DNA of 20,000 bases from an uncultured virus (IMG/VR IMGVR_UViG_3300017725_002980) (IMGVR_UViG_3300017725_002980), one strand, 5' to 3'; positions 8,455 through 17,176 are shown, counted from the first letter of the stretch. Notes: generated by a model from the letters alone, not told the origin. Numbers and translations are program-made.

Positions 8455-9291
8455 ATGATTAATATTCAATATAATCACCCAAATATAAGAGTAGAAACTA
8501 AACAAGTTTCTATGCTACATAATTTACCTTTAACTTTAAATGTTAAATCTCATGTTAGTAAAGAAACTACATGGAACTGTCAATTGGGGGACTACAGCTG
8601 GGCAACTTTTTCTAATGATTCTATTTTTGATATTGAAATAAAGGATTCTAAAGGTAAAATTGTTATTAATAGGGAATTTAATATTTTAGAAGATGGAAGT
8701 TATTTAGACAAAGCACTACAGATGTACTGCCAAAACTTAAATAACCCCCAAGGTTTAGCAATAGGCTCTCATGATGGTGAGTTTGGAGAATGGGTTTTAC
8801 CTACTTTAGGTAATTTTACTAAAACAACTTTAGTAGAAGCATCAACCCCTCAATTTAAAAAACTTAAAAAAAATTACCAAAATCTCTCTAACGTAAATTT
8901 GATTCAAAATCTAGTTACTACAGATGGTTCTAAAGTAGAATTTTTTGAAGGAGGTAAGGGTTATACTAATTCTGTTAAAGAAAATGTAATTAGAAGTTGG
9001 GAAAAAGAAGAAATTAATTCCAATTTACGTGACTCTATTTCAATTAATGATTTAATAAATCAAATTACCCCAAATAAAAAATTAGATTGGCTACATTTAG
9101 ATATTGAAGGGTATGATGCTGAAATACTTAAAGCAATAAACGTGGAGTTATTACCTAATTTTATTATATTTGAACATAACAACTTATCTAATAAAGATAA
9201 AACAAGTATAGAAAAATATTTTACTGATCTAAATTATACTCTTTATAACGAAGACCCAGTGTCTTATTTAGTAATTAAAGATAATGGCTAA
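8455..9291 (+). CDS. FkbM-family methyltransferase with N-terminal extension
   Basis: AIGSHDG (motif-I-like), LVEAS, LDWLHLDIEGYDAEIL, IIFEH. Confidence 0.8.
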   Translation: MINIQYNHPNIRVETKQVSMLHNLPLTLNVKSHVSKETTWNCQLGDYSWATFSNDSIFDIEIKDSKGKIVINREFNILEDGSYLDKALQMYCQNLNNPQGLAIGSHDGEFGEWVLPTLGNFTKTTLVEASTPQFKKLKKNYQNLSNVNLIQNLVTTDGSKVEFFEGGKGYTNSVKENVIRSWEKEEINSNLRDSISINDLINQITPNKKLDWLHLDIEGYDAEILKAINVELLPNFIIFEHNNLSNKDKTSIEKYFTDLNYTLYNEDPVSYLVIKDNG

Positions 9292-10228
9292 GAAAAAAGC
9301 TCCTCAAATAGTTAGGAATATAAAAAATAATCCACCTAAACCGGTTGATTTTGCTTATGAGAAAAATATCTCATACTCCCAGCTATCAATGTATACACAG
9401 TGTCCTAAAAAATGGGCTCTACAATATAGAGATGGTCATAAAATAAAGGAACAAAGCATTCATATGACTTTTGGGACTGCATTACATGAGACATTGCAAA
9501 TGTACCTTGATGTTATGTATAATCAAAGTGCAGTAAAAGCTGATGAGTTAGATTTAGAAACAGATTTTGAAACCCGATTAAGAGATTGTTATGCAGAAGC
9601 TTATAAACAAAATAAAGGAGAGCATTTTACTGACGCCCAAACACTTCGAGAATTCTATTCCGACGGTGTTGAAATTATAAATTATATTAGAAAAAATAGA
9701 AGAAATTATTTTTCTAAACGTGGTTGGTGGTTAGTAGGTTGTGAAATACCAATTGTATTGGCGCCAAATCCGCATTTACCACGCGTTAAATACATGGGCT
9801 TCCTTGATGTCGTGATGTATAATGAAAATACAAATAAATTCATTATAATCGATATAAAAACCTCGACACGAGGGTGGAATGATAAAGCTAAAAAAGACAA
9901 ATCAAAGCAACATCAGTTAGTTCTATATAAAAAATTCTTTTCTCAACAATATAATATCCCAATAGATGATATTGATATTGAGTTCTTTATTGTAAAACGT
10001 AAGTTATATGAATCACAAGATTTTGTAATAAAACGTATCCAACAATTCAGACCCCCCTCAGGTAAAACTTCAATTAATAGAGCAACAAAATCACTAAATG
10101 AATTTTTAGATAATTGTTTTACATCTGAGGGGTATAATGAGAAGAATATGCCTGCTCTAATTAATAATAATTGTAAATGGTGTTCTTACTTCAAAACACA
10201 TTTATGTTCTGCGACTTTTGAAGGATAA
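9284..10228 (+). CDS. PD-(D/E)XK exonuclease, Cas4/RecB/AddB-like, with Fe-S cysteines
   Basis: ISYSQL..YTQCPKKW, FGTALHE, GFLD, IIDIKTS, QLVLY and a C-terminal CKWC-x7-C. Confidence 0.9.
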   Translation: MAKKKAPQIVRNIKNNPPKPVDFAYEKNISYSQLSMYTQCPKKWALQYRDGHKIKEQSIHMTFGTALHETLQMYLDVMYNQSAVKADELDLETDFETRLRDCYAEAYKQNKGEHFTDAQTLREFYSDGVEIINYIRKNRRNYFSKRGWWLVGCEIPIVLAPNPHLPRVKYMGFLDVVMYNENTNKFIIIDIKTSTRGWNDKAKKDKSKQHQLVLYKKFFSQQYNIPIDDIDIEFFIVKRKLYESQDFVIKRIQQFRPPSGKTSINRATKSLNEFLDNCFTSEGYNEKNMPALINNNCKWCSYFKTHLCSATFEG

Positions 10229-10230
10229 TA

Positions 10231-10242
10231 ATATACGTATAT
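10231..10242. promoter_or_regulatory. Perfect 12-bp palindrome ATATACGTATAT upstream of the RHH-like gene
   Basis: Self-complementary sequence in the 35-nt intergenic gap 10229-10263. Confidence 0.35.
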
Positions 10243-10263
10243 AAAAATATAATAAATAACGTT

Positions 10264-10452
10264 ATGGCTAGTACAGATAAAAAAACACTTACAAGTGTTA
10301 AAATCAAAAGTGATTTATTCAACGAATTTAAAATTGAGTGTGTAAAACGTAAGTTCTCTTTCCAGAAACTTGCCGACCGCGCTATTCATTTATATCTTAC
10401 AAATGAAGATTTTAGAAAAAAAATAAATAATCACAACAACTTAGAACTTTAA
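10264..10452 (+). CDS. Small ribbon-helix-helix-like DNA-binding protein
   Basis: Alternating beta-strand TLTSVKIK, helix SDLFNEFKIECVKR, turn, helix SFQKLADRAIHLYL (CopG/ParG-like pattern). Confidence 0.65.
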   Translation: MASTDKKTLTSVKIKSDLFNEFKIECVKRKFSFQKLADRAIHLYLTNEDFRKKINNHNNLEL

Positions 10453-10456
10453 GTAA

Positions 10457-11884
10457 ATGAAAGAAGGTTATATTCCTAAAGAGCAACGGAAAAATATTTT
10501 GTTGCTTACTGATGATATCAGATTCCCATCAGGTGTAGGCAATGTAGGTAAAGAAATAGTTTTACATACATCCCACCGTTATAATTGGTTTAACTTAGGG
10601 GCAGCAATGAATCACCCTGATAAAGGTAAAATAATTGATATTTCGGAAGAAACTAATAAATTAGCAGGAATTAAAGATGCTAGTGTTAAAATTCAACCAA
10701 ATGATGGTTATGGGGATCCTAAAATTTTACGTAACTTAAGAAAGCAACATAAAATTGATGCTATATTTTTAATTACAGATCCACGTTACTTTGAGTGGTT
10801 GTTCCAAATTGAAAATGAGGTTAGAAATGAAATTCCTATTATCTATTTAAATATTTGGGATGATTTACCTGCTCCTATGTATAATAAGGGATTTTATGAA
10901 TCCGTTGATACACTATTAGGTATTTCTAAGCAAACAGTTAACATCAATAAAATGGTTTTGGGGGATAAAGCTAAAACTAAAATTATTGATTATGTACCTC
11001 ATGGTATGAATACCGAAGTTTTTCATCCTATTATAGTAGAAGATTTAGAATTTACTACATTTAAAAAACAATTAAATGTTGAAGATAAAGATTTTATTTT
11101 ATTCTTTAATTCTAGAAACATCAGACGTAAAAACATCCCAGATACAATGTTATCTTGGAAGTATTTTTTAGATGAATTACCTAAAGAAAAAGCAGATAAA
11201 TGTGTATTCATACTTCATACAGAATTAGTTAGTGATCATGGTACAGATCTTTCTGCAATAGCTAACTTAATTTTTGGAGAGAATAGCCCTCATATTAGAT
11301 TTTCTACTAATAAATTATCAGCTCAACATCTAAATTACCTATATAATTTAGCAGATGCTCAGATTTTATTAACCTCAAACGAAGGTTGGGGTTTATCTCT
11401 TACTGAAGCCTTACTAACAGGCACTCCTATAATTGCTAATGTAACAGGTGGTATGCAAGATCAAATGAGATTTGAAGATAAAAATGGAAATTGGATTGAC
11501 TTTGATTCTAATTTTCCTTCTAATCATAGAGGTACTTATAAAAAACATGGTAAATGGGCTTATCCTGTTTACCCCTCATCACGTTCTTTAAAAGGTTCTC
11601 CTAAAACTCCTTATATTTGGGATGATACTTGTGATCCCGAAGATGCTTCTAAACAAATTATGAAGCTTTATAAAATGTCCCCTGAACAACGAAAAAAATC
11701 AGGGATGAAAGGTTATAAATGGGCAATAGGAGATGAAGCAGGTTTTACTGCTAAACATCAAGCTCAACGTGTAATCAAAAGTATTGATAAAACATTTGAA
11801 GATTTCCAACCAAGAGAAAAATTTGAATTTATTAATACTAATGAGTATAAAATAGAAACTGTTCCACATAAATTATTATATTAA
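10457..11884 (+). CDS. Glycosyltransferase family 4 (GT-B)
   Basis: YVPHGMN, FNSRNIRRKN, SNEGWGLSLTEA (E-x7-E), PIIANVTGG. Confidence 0.9.
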   Translation: MKEGYIPKEQRKNILLLTDDIRFPSGVGNVGKEIVLHTSHRYNWFNLGAAMNHPDKGKIIDISEETNKLAGIKDASVKIQPNDGYGDPKILRNLRKQHKIDAIFLITDPRYFEWLFQIENEVRNEIPIIYLNIWDDLPAPMYNKGFYESVDTLLGISKQTVNINKMVLGDKAKTKIIDYVPHGMNTEVFHPIIVEDLEFTTFKKQLNVEDKDFILFFNSRNIRRKNIPDTMLSWKYFLDELPKEKADKCVFILHTELVSDHGTDLSAIANLIFGENSPHIRFSTNKLSAQHLNYLYNLADAQILLTSNEGWGLSLTEALLTGTPIIANVTGGMQDQMRFEDKNGNWIDFDSNFPSNHRGTYKKHGKWAYPVYPSSRSLKGSPKTPYIWDDTCDPEDASKQIMKLYKMSPEQRKKSGMKGYKWAIGDEAGFTAKHQAQRVIKSIDKTFEDFQPREKFEFINTNEYKIETVPHKLLY

Positions 11885-13143
11885 TGAAACCCTTATTTTT
11901 AATTAGTTGTCCTTTTGATACTTACTCTGGTTATGGAGCTCGTAGTAGAGATGTTGTTAAAGCTATTATTAAAACAGATAAATATAAAGTTAAATTAATT
12001 TCCCAACCTTGGGGAAACACTAGATTTGGATTTTGCGATGATCATCCAGAATGGGAATTTTTAAATAACCATATTTTAAATGAAGAATTAATCGATAAAC
12101 CTGAATTTTGGGCTCAGATAACCGTACCTAATGAATTTCAACCTATGGGAAAATTTAATATTGGAATTACAGCAGGTATTGAAACTACATTAGCAAATGG
12201 AGCATGGGTTGAAGGTATGAACAGAATGAATTTAAATTTGGTATCATCAGAACACTCTAAAACCTCATTTAAGAATGCCGTTTGGGAAAAGAAAGATAAA
12301 GCAGGTAAAACTATAAGTTCTATTCGCCTTGAAAAACCTATTGAAGTGTTATTTGAAGGAGTTAATTTAGACACCTACTTCCCAGATAATAAACCATGTA
12401 TGATTGATTTTGATATTAAGGAATCATTTGCTTTCTTATTTGTAGGTCATTGGTTACAAGGGGAAATAGGCCAAGATAGAAAAAATGTTGGGTTATTAGT
12501 TAAGGCCTTTTTAGAGACTTTTAAAAATAAATCTAAACAACCAGCATTAATTCTTAAAACATCGGGTGCTAATAGTTCTTACATGGATAAAAATGAGATT
12601 CTTAGAAAAATTCATGTAATTAAACAGAGTTGTAAGGGAAATCTTCCTAACATATATTTACTTCACGGTGATTTTACAGATAAAGAAATGAATTCTCTTT
12701 ATAATCATTCTAAAGTTAAAGCTATGGTTAGTTTAACTAAAGGTGAGGGATTCGGTAGACCTTTATTAGAATTTACTTTAACTAAAAAACCATTAATTGC
12801 AACAAAATGGAGTGGTCATATGGATTTTCTTAATCCTAAATTTACTACATTAATTAATGGTAAACTAGAAAATGTCCATCCTAGTGCTGCTAACCCAATG
12901 TTATTAAAAGAAAGCCAATGGTTCTCCCCAGACCACAAGGATATTTCAAAATCATTAAAATCTGTATTTGAAAATTATAAAAAATATTCTGAACTAGCAA
13001 AACGTCAGGCCCATTATAGTAAAACAAATTTTGATTGGGAAAGTATGAAAGATAAATTAGATAATCTTCTTACTGCTTTTGCCCCAGAATTCCCAAAACA
13101 AATCGAATTAGCAATCCCAGAATTAACCTTACCAACATTATGA
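11884..13143 (+). CDS. Glycosyltransferase family 4 (GT-B)
   Basis: SGYGARSR, FLFVGHW..DRKNV, KGEGFGRPLLE (E-x7-E), PLIATKWSGHMDF. Confidence 0.9.
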   Translation: MKPLFLISCPFDTYSGYGARSRDVVKAIIKTDKYKVKLISQPWGNTRFGFCDDHPEWEFLNNHILNEELIDKPEFWAQITVPNEFQPMGKFNIGITAGIETTLANGAWVEGMNRMNLNLVSSEHSKTSFKNAVWEKKDKAGKTISSIRLEKPIEVLFEGVNLDTYFPDNKPCMIDFDIKESFAFLFVGHWLQGEIGQDRKNVGLLVKAFLETFKNKSKQPALILKTSGANSSYMDKNEILRKIHVIKQSCKGNLPNIYLLHGDFTDKEMNSLYNHSKVKAMVSLTKGEGFGRPLLEFTLTKKPLIATKWSGHMDFLNPKFTTLINGKLENVHPSAANPMLLKESQWFSPDHKDISKSLKSVFENYKKYSELAKRQAHYSKTNFDWESMKDKLDNLLTAFAPEFPKQIELAIPELTLPTL

Positions 13144-13595
13144 GTGTAGATAATTTAACAATATGTGATAGATGTGGAAGTGACGCATGCTATGTACAAG
13201 AAGTAAATAATGAGATTAAAAACTATATGTGTTATGGTTGTGGTTTCATTACAAATTCATTAATGAAAAAAGATGAACAATTTTTTGAAGAACAATTTGC
13301 TCTTTTACCTAAACTTTATAAAGAAATATCAGGTGAAGATGAAAAAACAGGTTTAATTTGGATGCCCAATACTGTAAATATCCCAAATAAGGGAATGGTA
13401 TTTGCTGAGGGTCAAAGTGCTGAAAAGTGGATGTGGTCCGCTGTAAAAGCAGTTCCTATGCCTAAAGAAGAGAAAGAATCATTTAAAGCTAAAGGTAAAG
13501 ATTATGAATTTAAAATGGATATGACTACTATAAAATATTACCCTGAAAGTGATTTTATGGATGCTTTAGAATATATTGGTGTTTTTGAAAATTAA
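13140..13595 (+). CDS. Hypothetical protein with N-terminal zinc ribbon
   Basis: CDRCGSDAC..CYGCGF (two CxxC pairs). Confidence 0.65.
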   Translation: MSVDNLTICDRCGSDACYVQEVNNEIKNYMCYGCGFITNSLMKKDEQFFEEQFALLPKLYKEISGEDEKTGLIWMPNTVNIPNKGMVFAEGQSAEKWMWSAVKAVPMPKEEKESFKAKGKDYEFKMDMTTIKYYPESDFMDALEYIGVFEN

Positions 13596-13598
13596 AAT

Positions 13599-14225
13599 AT
13601 GAAATTAAGTTATGCAATCCCTGTTTGTAATGAATTAGTAGAAATTCAACATTTAATTAAATTTTTACTAGATAACAAACGCCCCGAAGATGAAATTGTA
13701 GTATTATATGATTCAAAAAATGGAGATCCTGGAGTAGAAACTTATTTACGTAAAATGAATGTTGAAAGGACCTTATTTAGATGGAAACCTTTTAAATTCA
13801 ATGGCAATTTTTCAGACATGAAAAATCGTTTAAATGGAATGTGTGAAGGCGATTACATATTCCAGATTGATGCTGACGAAATGCTTAATGAATACATGAT
13901 AAAGATAATCCCTCAAGTGTTAGAGATTAATCAAGGGGTAGATTTAATGAGAGTTCCACGTATTAATAAAGTAGAAGGATTGACTGAGGCCCATATTCAA
14001 AAATGGGGTTGGAAAGTTGATGAAAAAGGTAGAGTAAATTGGCCTGATATGCAGTGGAGATTATATAGAAATGATCCACGTATTAGATGGCATGGTGAGG
14101 TACATGAAAAAATTATTGGGCATGCTACACATGCTGTTTTACCTATAAAAGAAGATTTTGCTTTAATTCATAATAAAACAATCGAACGCCAAGAAAAACA
14201 AAATGCTTACTACGATACTTTATGA
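13599..14225 (+). CDS. Glycosyltransferase family 2 (beta-1,4-glucosyltransferase/WaaE-like)
   Basis: LSYAIPVCNE, FSDMKN, YIFQIDADE, RLYRN..WHGEVHE. Confidence 0.87.
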   Translation: MKLSYAIPVCNELVEIQHLIKFLLDNKRPEDEIVVLYDSKNGDPGVETYLRKMNVERTLFRWKPFKFNGNFSDMKNRLNGMCEGDYIFQIDADEMLNEYMIKIIPQVLEINQGVDLMRVPRINKVEGLTEAHIQKWGWKVDEKGRVNWPDMQWRLYRNDPRIRWHGEVHEKIIGHATHAVLPIKEDFALIHNKTIERQEKQNAYYDTL

Positions 14226-14995
14226 TTTCAGTTATAATCCCAACATATAAAGAACCAGATGTACTTGATATTTGTTTAAATTCAATATTTAAGGGTCAAG
14301 ATGGTGATAATGAAATTATTGTGGTAGTTGATGGATTTAAAGATTTAAACCAACAAGTATTAGATAAATACCCTAAAACTAAAATAGTAAATTTTAATGA
14401 TAATAAGGGTGCTATTACATCCACAAATTGGGGAGTTTATAATGCATCTAATGATTTTATTTTAATAGTAAATGATGATAATGTTTTTCCTGAACATTGG
14501 GATACAAAATTAAAACCATATTGTCAAAAAGGTAAAGTAATTACAATCAACCAGATTGAAGCTCAACCTTCAATGTTTAAACAAACCCATATTAAAAATT
14601 TAGGGACTCCAGAATCTTTCAATTTAAAAACTTTCTGGGAATACGAAGCATCACTTCCTATCCCACCTCATGAAAAATCAGGATCACAATGGCCTTTCTT
14701 AATGTATAAACCTGATTATATGGCTGTTGGGGGGTTAGATGTTTATTATCCTTCACCTCATGTTGTTGATTGGGATTTTATGTTAAAGTGTGAATATGTA
14801 GGTTTTGAAATGGTTAGAGTTTATGATTTACATTTATATCATTTTGGTAGTATAGCAACTAGAAGAGATCCTTTAATGAATCAAATTAGTAGTGAAAAAG
14901 AAAAACAAGCACATTACTTTTTTTCAAATAAATGGGGTCAAACAATAGAACATGATCCACAAACCAATTCTAAATTATTAACTAAATTTAAATGA
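14222..14995 (+). CDS. Glycosyltransferase family 2
   Basis: ISVIIPTY, EIIVVVDG, ILIVNDDNV, VGGLD..DWDF, YHFGS. Confidence 0.88.
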   Translation: MISVIIPTYKEPDVLDICLNSIFKGQDGDNEIIVVVDGFKDLNQQVLDKYPKTKIVNFNDNKGAITSTNWGVYNASNDFILIVNDDNVFPEHWDTKLKPYCQKGKVITINQIEAQPSMFKQTHIKNLGTPESFNLKTFWEYEASLPIPPHEKSGSQWPFLMYKPDYMAVGGLDVYYPSPHVVDWDFMLKCEYVGFEMVRVYDLHLYHFGSIATRRDPLMNQISSEKEKQAHYFFSNKWGQTIEHDPQTNSKLLTKFK

Positions 14996-15360
14996 AAAAA
15001 ATCCTTCAAAATAAATATGGAAATGGTTTAAATATAAAAGAATCACCTAAAACCGAAGCTGAACGTGAAATAACATTATTTATTGACACAATAGAAACGT
15101 TAGAACATATTTGGCATGCTGAGCATGAATTGAATAATGATTATGGAGTTGATTTAATTAGTTTTAGTCAATATTATTATCATGCAATAGAAAATTTAAT
15201 TATAGCTAAATATGGTTATAATAAAGCTGATATAATTTGGTGGTGGGTTTTAGACAGATTTGCTGAAGATGGTAAGTTATTAGGAGTAGAAGATAAAAAT
15301 GGAAAAGTTTATACATTAAAAACCCCTCTAGATTTGTGGAAGTTTTTACAAAAATTGTGA
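14992..15360 (+). CDS. Hypothetical protein
   Basis: 122-aa ORF with ATGA overlap with the upstream gene. Confidence 0.65.
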   Translation: MKKILQNKYGNGLNIKESPKTEAEREITLFIDTIETLEHIWHAEHELNNDYGVDLISFSQYYYHAIENLIIAKYGYNKADIIWWWVLDRFAEDGKLLGVEDKNGKVYTLKTPLDLWKFLQKL

Positions 15361-15389
15361 TATGTATTGAGTAACCAATAAAACTCGAT

Positions 15390-15572
15390 ATGAAAGACAT
15401 AAAATATATAAATTGTTCGGTTTGTCAAGAACCAATGCCTGAACTTAGACTAACTAAGTTTAATTATAGTTTTTGTGTTAACTGTAGTGAAACTAAACCT
15501 AAAAAAGCAATTAATGCTCAATTTGGAGAAGGTGATCACACATTTAATGAAATAGTATTTATTGAAGATTAA
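15390..15572 (+). CDS. DksA/TraR-type C4 zinc-finger protein (finger only)
   Basis: CSVCQEPMPELRL..FCVNC matches the CxxCGExIPxxRL-x-CxxC pattern. Confidence 0.7.
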   Translation: MKDIKYINCSVCQEPMPELRLTKFNYSFCVNCSETKPKKAINAQFGEGDHTFNEIVFIED

Positions 15573-16210
15573 TGCCAAGCGCGAAACCACTTAATAAAGA
15601 ATTAATATTGGCAGCTATGTCTCAAACATTGAGTAATAAAGCTGCTGCTCGCTATTTGCATGTTTCTTATACACACTATAAAAAATGGGCTAAAACATAT
15701 GATGCAACGGAAGAGGGTTACAGTAATTTATTTGACCAACATTTAAATCAGGCAGGTAAAGGTATACCTAAATTTTTAAGAGCAGATGGACCCGAACCTG
15801 CTTTATTAGATATTATTGAAGGCAGAATAGATGCTTCATCATTTAGTCCTGATAAATTAAAATATAGATTAATAACTGAGGGATATTTAAAAGAAGAATG
15901 TTCAGTATGTGGTTTTCATGAACGTAGAGTAAACGATTATAAGATACCATTATTACTTAATTTTAAAGATAATAATAAAAATAATTATCGAAAAGAAAAC
16001 ATAGAATTACTTTGTTACAATCATTATTTCCTACAAGTAGGAGATATATTTAGCGACAAACAGATTAAGGGTATAGAAGACCATGTCCCAACATATCAAA
16101 GTGAGGTAGAATGGGAATTAGATGATTACCAAAAACAACAATTAGAAAAACTAGGTTTAAGCGATCAAGATGAAAGCGATGACCCTTATTCCTTAGTATC
16201 CAGACGATGA
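15572..16210 (+). CDS. HTH + degenerate HNH-like domain protein
   Basis: N-terminal SNKAAARYLHVSYTHYKKW (HTH-like). C-terminal CSVCG..PLLLNFKDNNKNNYRKENIELLCYNH resembles the HNH pattern LxxHHIDG..NN..ENLxLLCPNCH. Confidence 0.65.
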   Translation: MPSAKPLNKELILAAMSQTLSNKAAARYLHVSYTHYKKWAKTYDATEEGYSNLFDQHLNQAGKGIPKFLRADGPEPALLDIIEGRIDASSFSPDKLKYRLITEGYLKEECSVCGFHERRVNDYKIPLLLNFKDNNKNNYRKENIELLCYNHYFLQVGDIFSDKQIKGIEDHVPTYQSEVEWELDDYQKQQLEKLGLSDQDESDDPYSLVSRR

Positions 16211-16389
16211 AAAAACGTAAAAGTAAATTAGCACGTAAAAAACGTAAACATGATAAGTTAGTTAATGATTATGACAATCAAAAGTCTAAACATTTAGAAA
16301 AACTAGCTGATAAAATGTTGGAAGACCAAGAAAAACTTAGTAAATTACGGGATAAGAAATCAGACGGTAAATTTTTAGACCTATTTTAA
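16207..16389 (+). CDS. Small highly basic hypothetical protein
   Basis: 60 aa with K/R-rich N-terminus; ATGA overlap upstream. Confidence 0.55.
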   Translation: MKKRKSKLARKKRKHDKLVNDYDNQKSKHLEKLADKMLEDQEKLSKLRDKKSDGKFLDLF

Positions 16390-16686
16390 ATGGTAAAACG
16401 AATTAGAATAAAAAGTATAGAAGAATTTGAAATGATGCTTCAAGATCAAGATCTTAAAATTTCCAAAGCTATAACTGAAGTGGCATTAAAAAATTTAAAA
16501 AGTAAAAAACGTTTTATACCTGTTTTAGAAATTCATGTTGAAGAAGAAGGACAAATTTTTGATATAACCTTGGATAGGCGAGATATTCTTAGTACATTAC
16601 AGCAGAATTTAGAAATTCATGAGCGTAACGAAGATTATGAAGGTTGTGCTCGAATTGCTAAAGCAATACAAGAATTAAAAAAATAA
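16390..16686 (+). CDS. Hypothetical protein with C-terminal UvrB/C-like motif
   Basis: C-terminal ERNEDYEGCARIAKAIQEL resembles the EDYExAAxxRDxI UVR motif. Confidence 0.6.
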   Translation: MVKRIRIKSIEEFEMMLQDQDLKISKAITEVALKNLKSKKRFIPVLEIHVEEEGQIFDITLDRRDILSTLQQNLEIHERNEDYEGCARIAKAIQELKK

Positions 16687-16690
16687 TTGT

Positions 16691-17176
16691 ATGAAAAAGG
16701 TTATGTTATTAAGTCTCTTACCATTATTTATTAATAGTGGTAATATAGAAACATTAGAAGTATGTTATGAAGAAACTATTATCGAAATTAAGCCTAAGAA
16801 CATTCAACCTGTTATTACAGATGGAGACCTTCTCAATGCCCTTATTTTTGTTGAGTCTAATGGTGATGATTCTGCTATTGGCGACAGGCATCTTATAGGA
16901 AATGAAGCCATAGGTGTATTACAAATTAGACCTATAATGGTTAGAGAAGTTAATAGAATCTTAAAAATTCAAGGTAAAACAAACCTATTCAATTTAAAAG
17001 ATAGGTTTGATCGTCAACAATCAATACGTATGTTTATGGTTTGGAAAAATTTCCATCATAAAGATAGTAATAATGAAGTTATTGCTCGTAATTGGAATGG
17101 TGGTCCTAAAGGTTATAAAATAAAAAGAACCGAAAAATATTGGAATAAAATAGAAAAACAATTAAATAATGAGTAA
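16691..17176 (+). CDS. Lysozyme-fold muramidase / lytic transglycosylase with N-terminal signal-like segment
   Basis: ALIFVES (catalytic Glu), AIGVLQI, ARNWNGGPKG; N-terminus MKKVMLLSLLPLF. Confidence 0.8.
   Translation: MKKVMLLSLLPLFINSGNIETLEVCYEETIIEIKPKNIQPVITDGDLLNALIFVESNGDDSAIGDRHLIGNEAIGVLQIRPIMVREVNRILKIQGKTNLFNLKDRFDRQQSIRMFMVWKNFHHKDSNNEVIARNWNGGPKGYKIKRTEKYWNKIEKQLNNE

Noticed and set aside
9284..10228. CRISPR-Cas locus suggested by the Cas4-like gene
   Set aside because: No repeat-spacer array or other cas genes seen, and there is no intergenic room for an array.
15361..15389. Small hairpins (TATTG/CAATA; TTGAGT/ACTCGA) as a terminator or RNA switch
   Set aside because: Stems are only 5-6 bp, AT-rich and have no U-tract; consistent with chance.
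271..15400. Short minus-strand and alternate-frame ORFs in the track (271..483, 278..490, 831..1091, 2028..2210, 4295..4477, 4888..5082, 6712..6933, 9706..9900, 11023..11211, 12138..12374, 15206..15400)
   Set aside because: All lie within or across well-supported + strand genes and have no recognisable motifs; treated as shadow ORFs.
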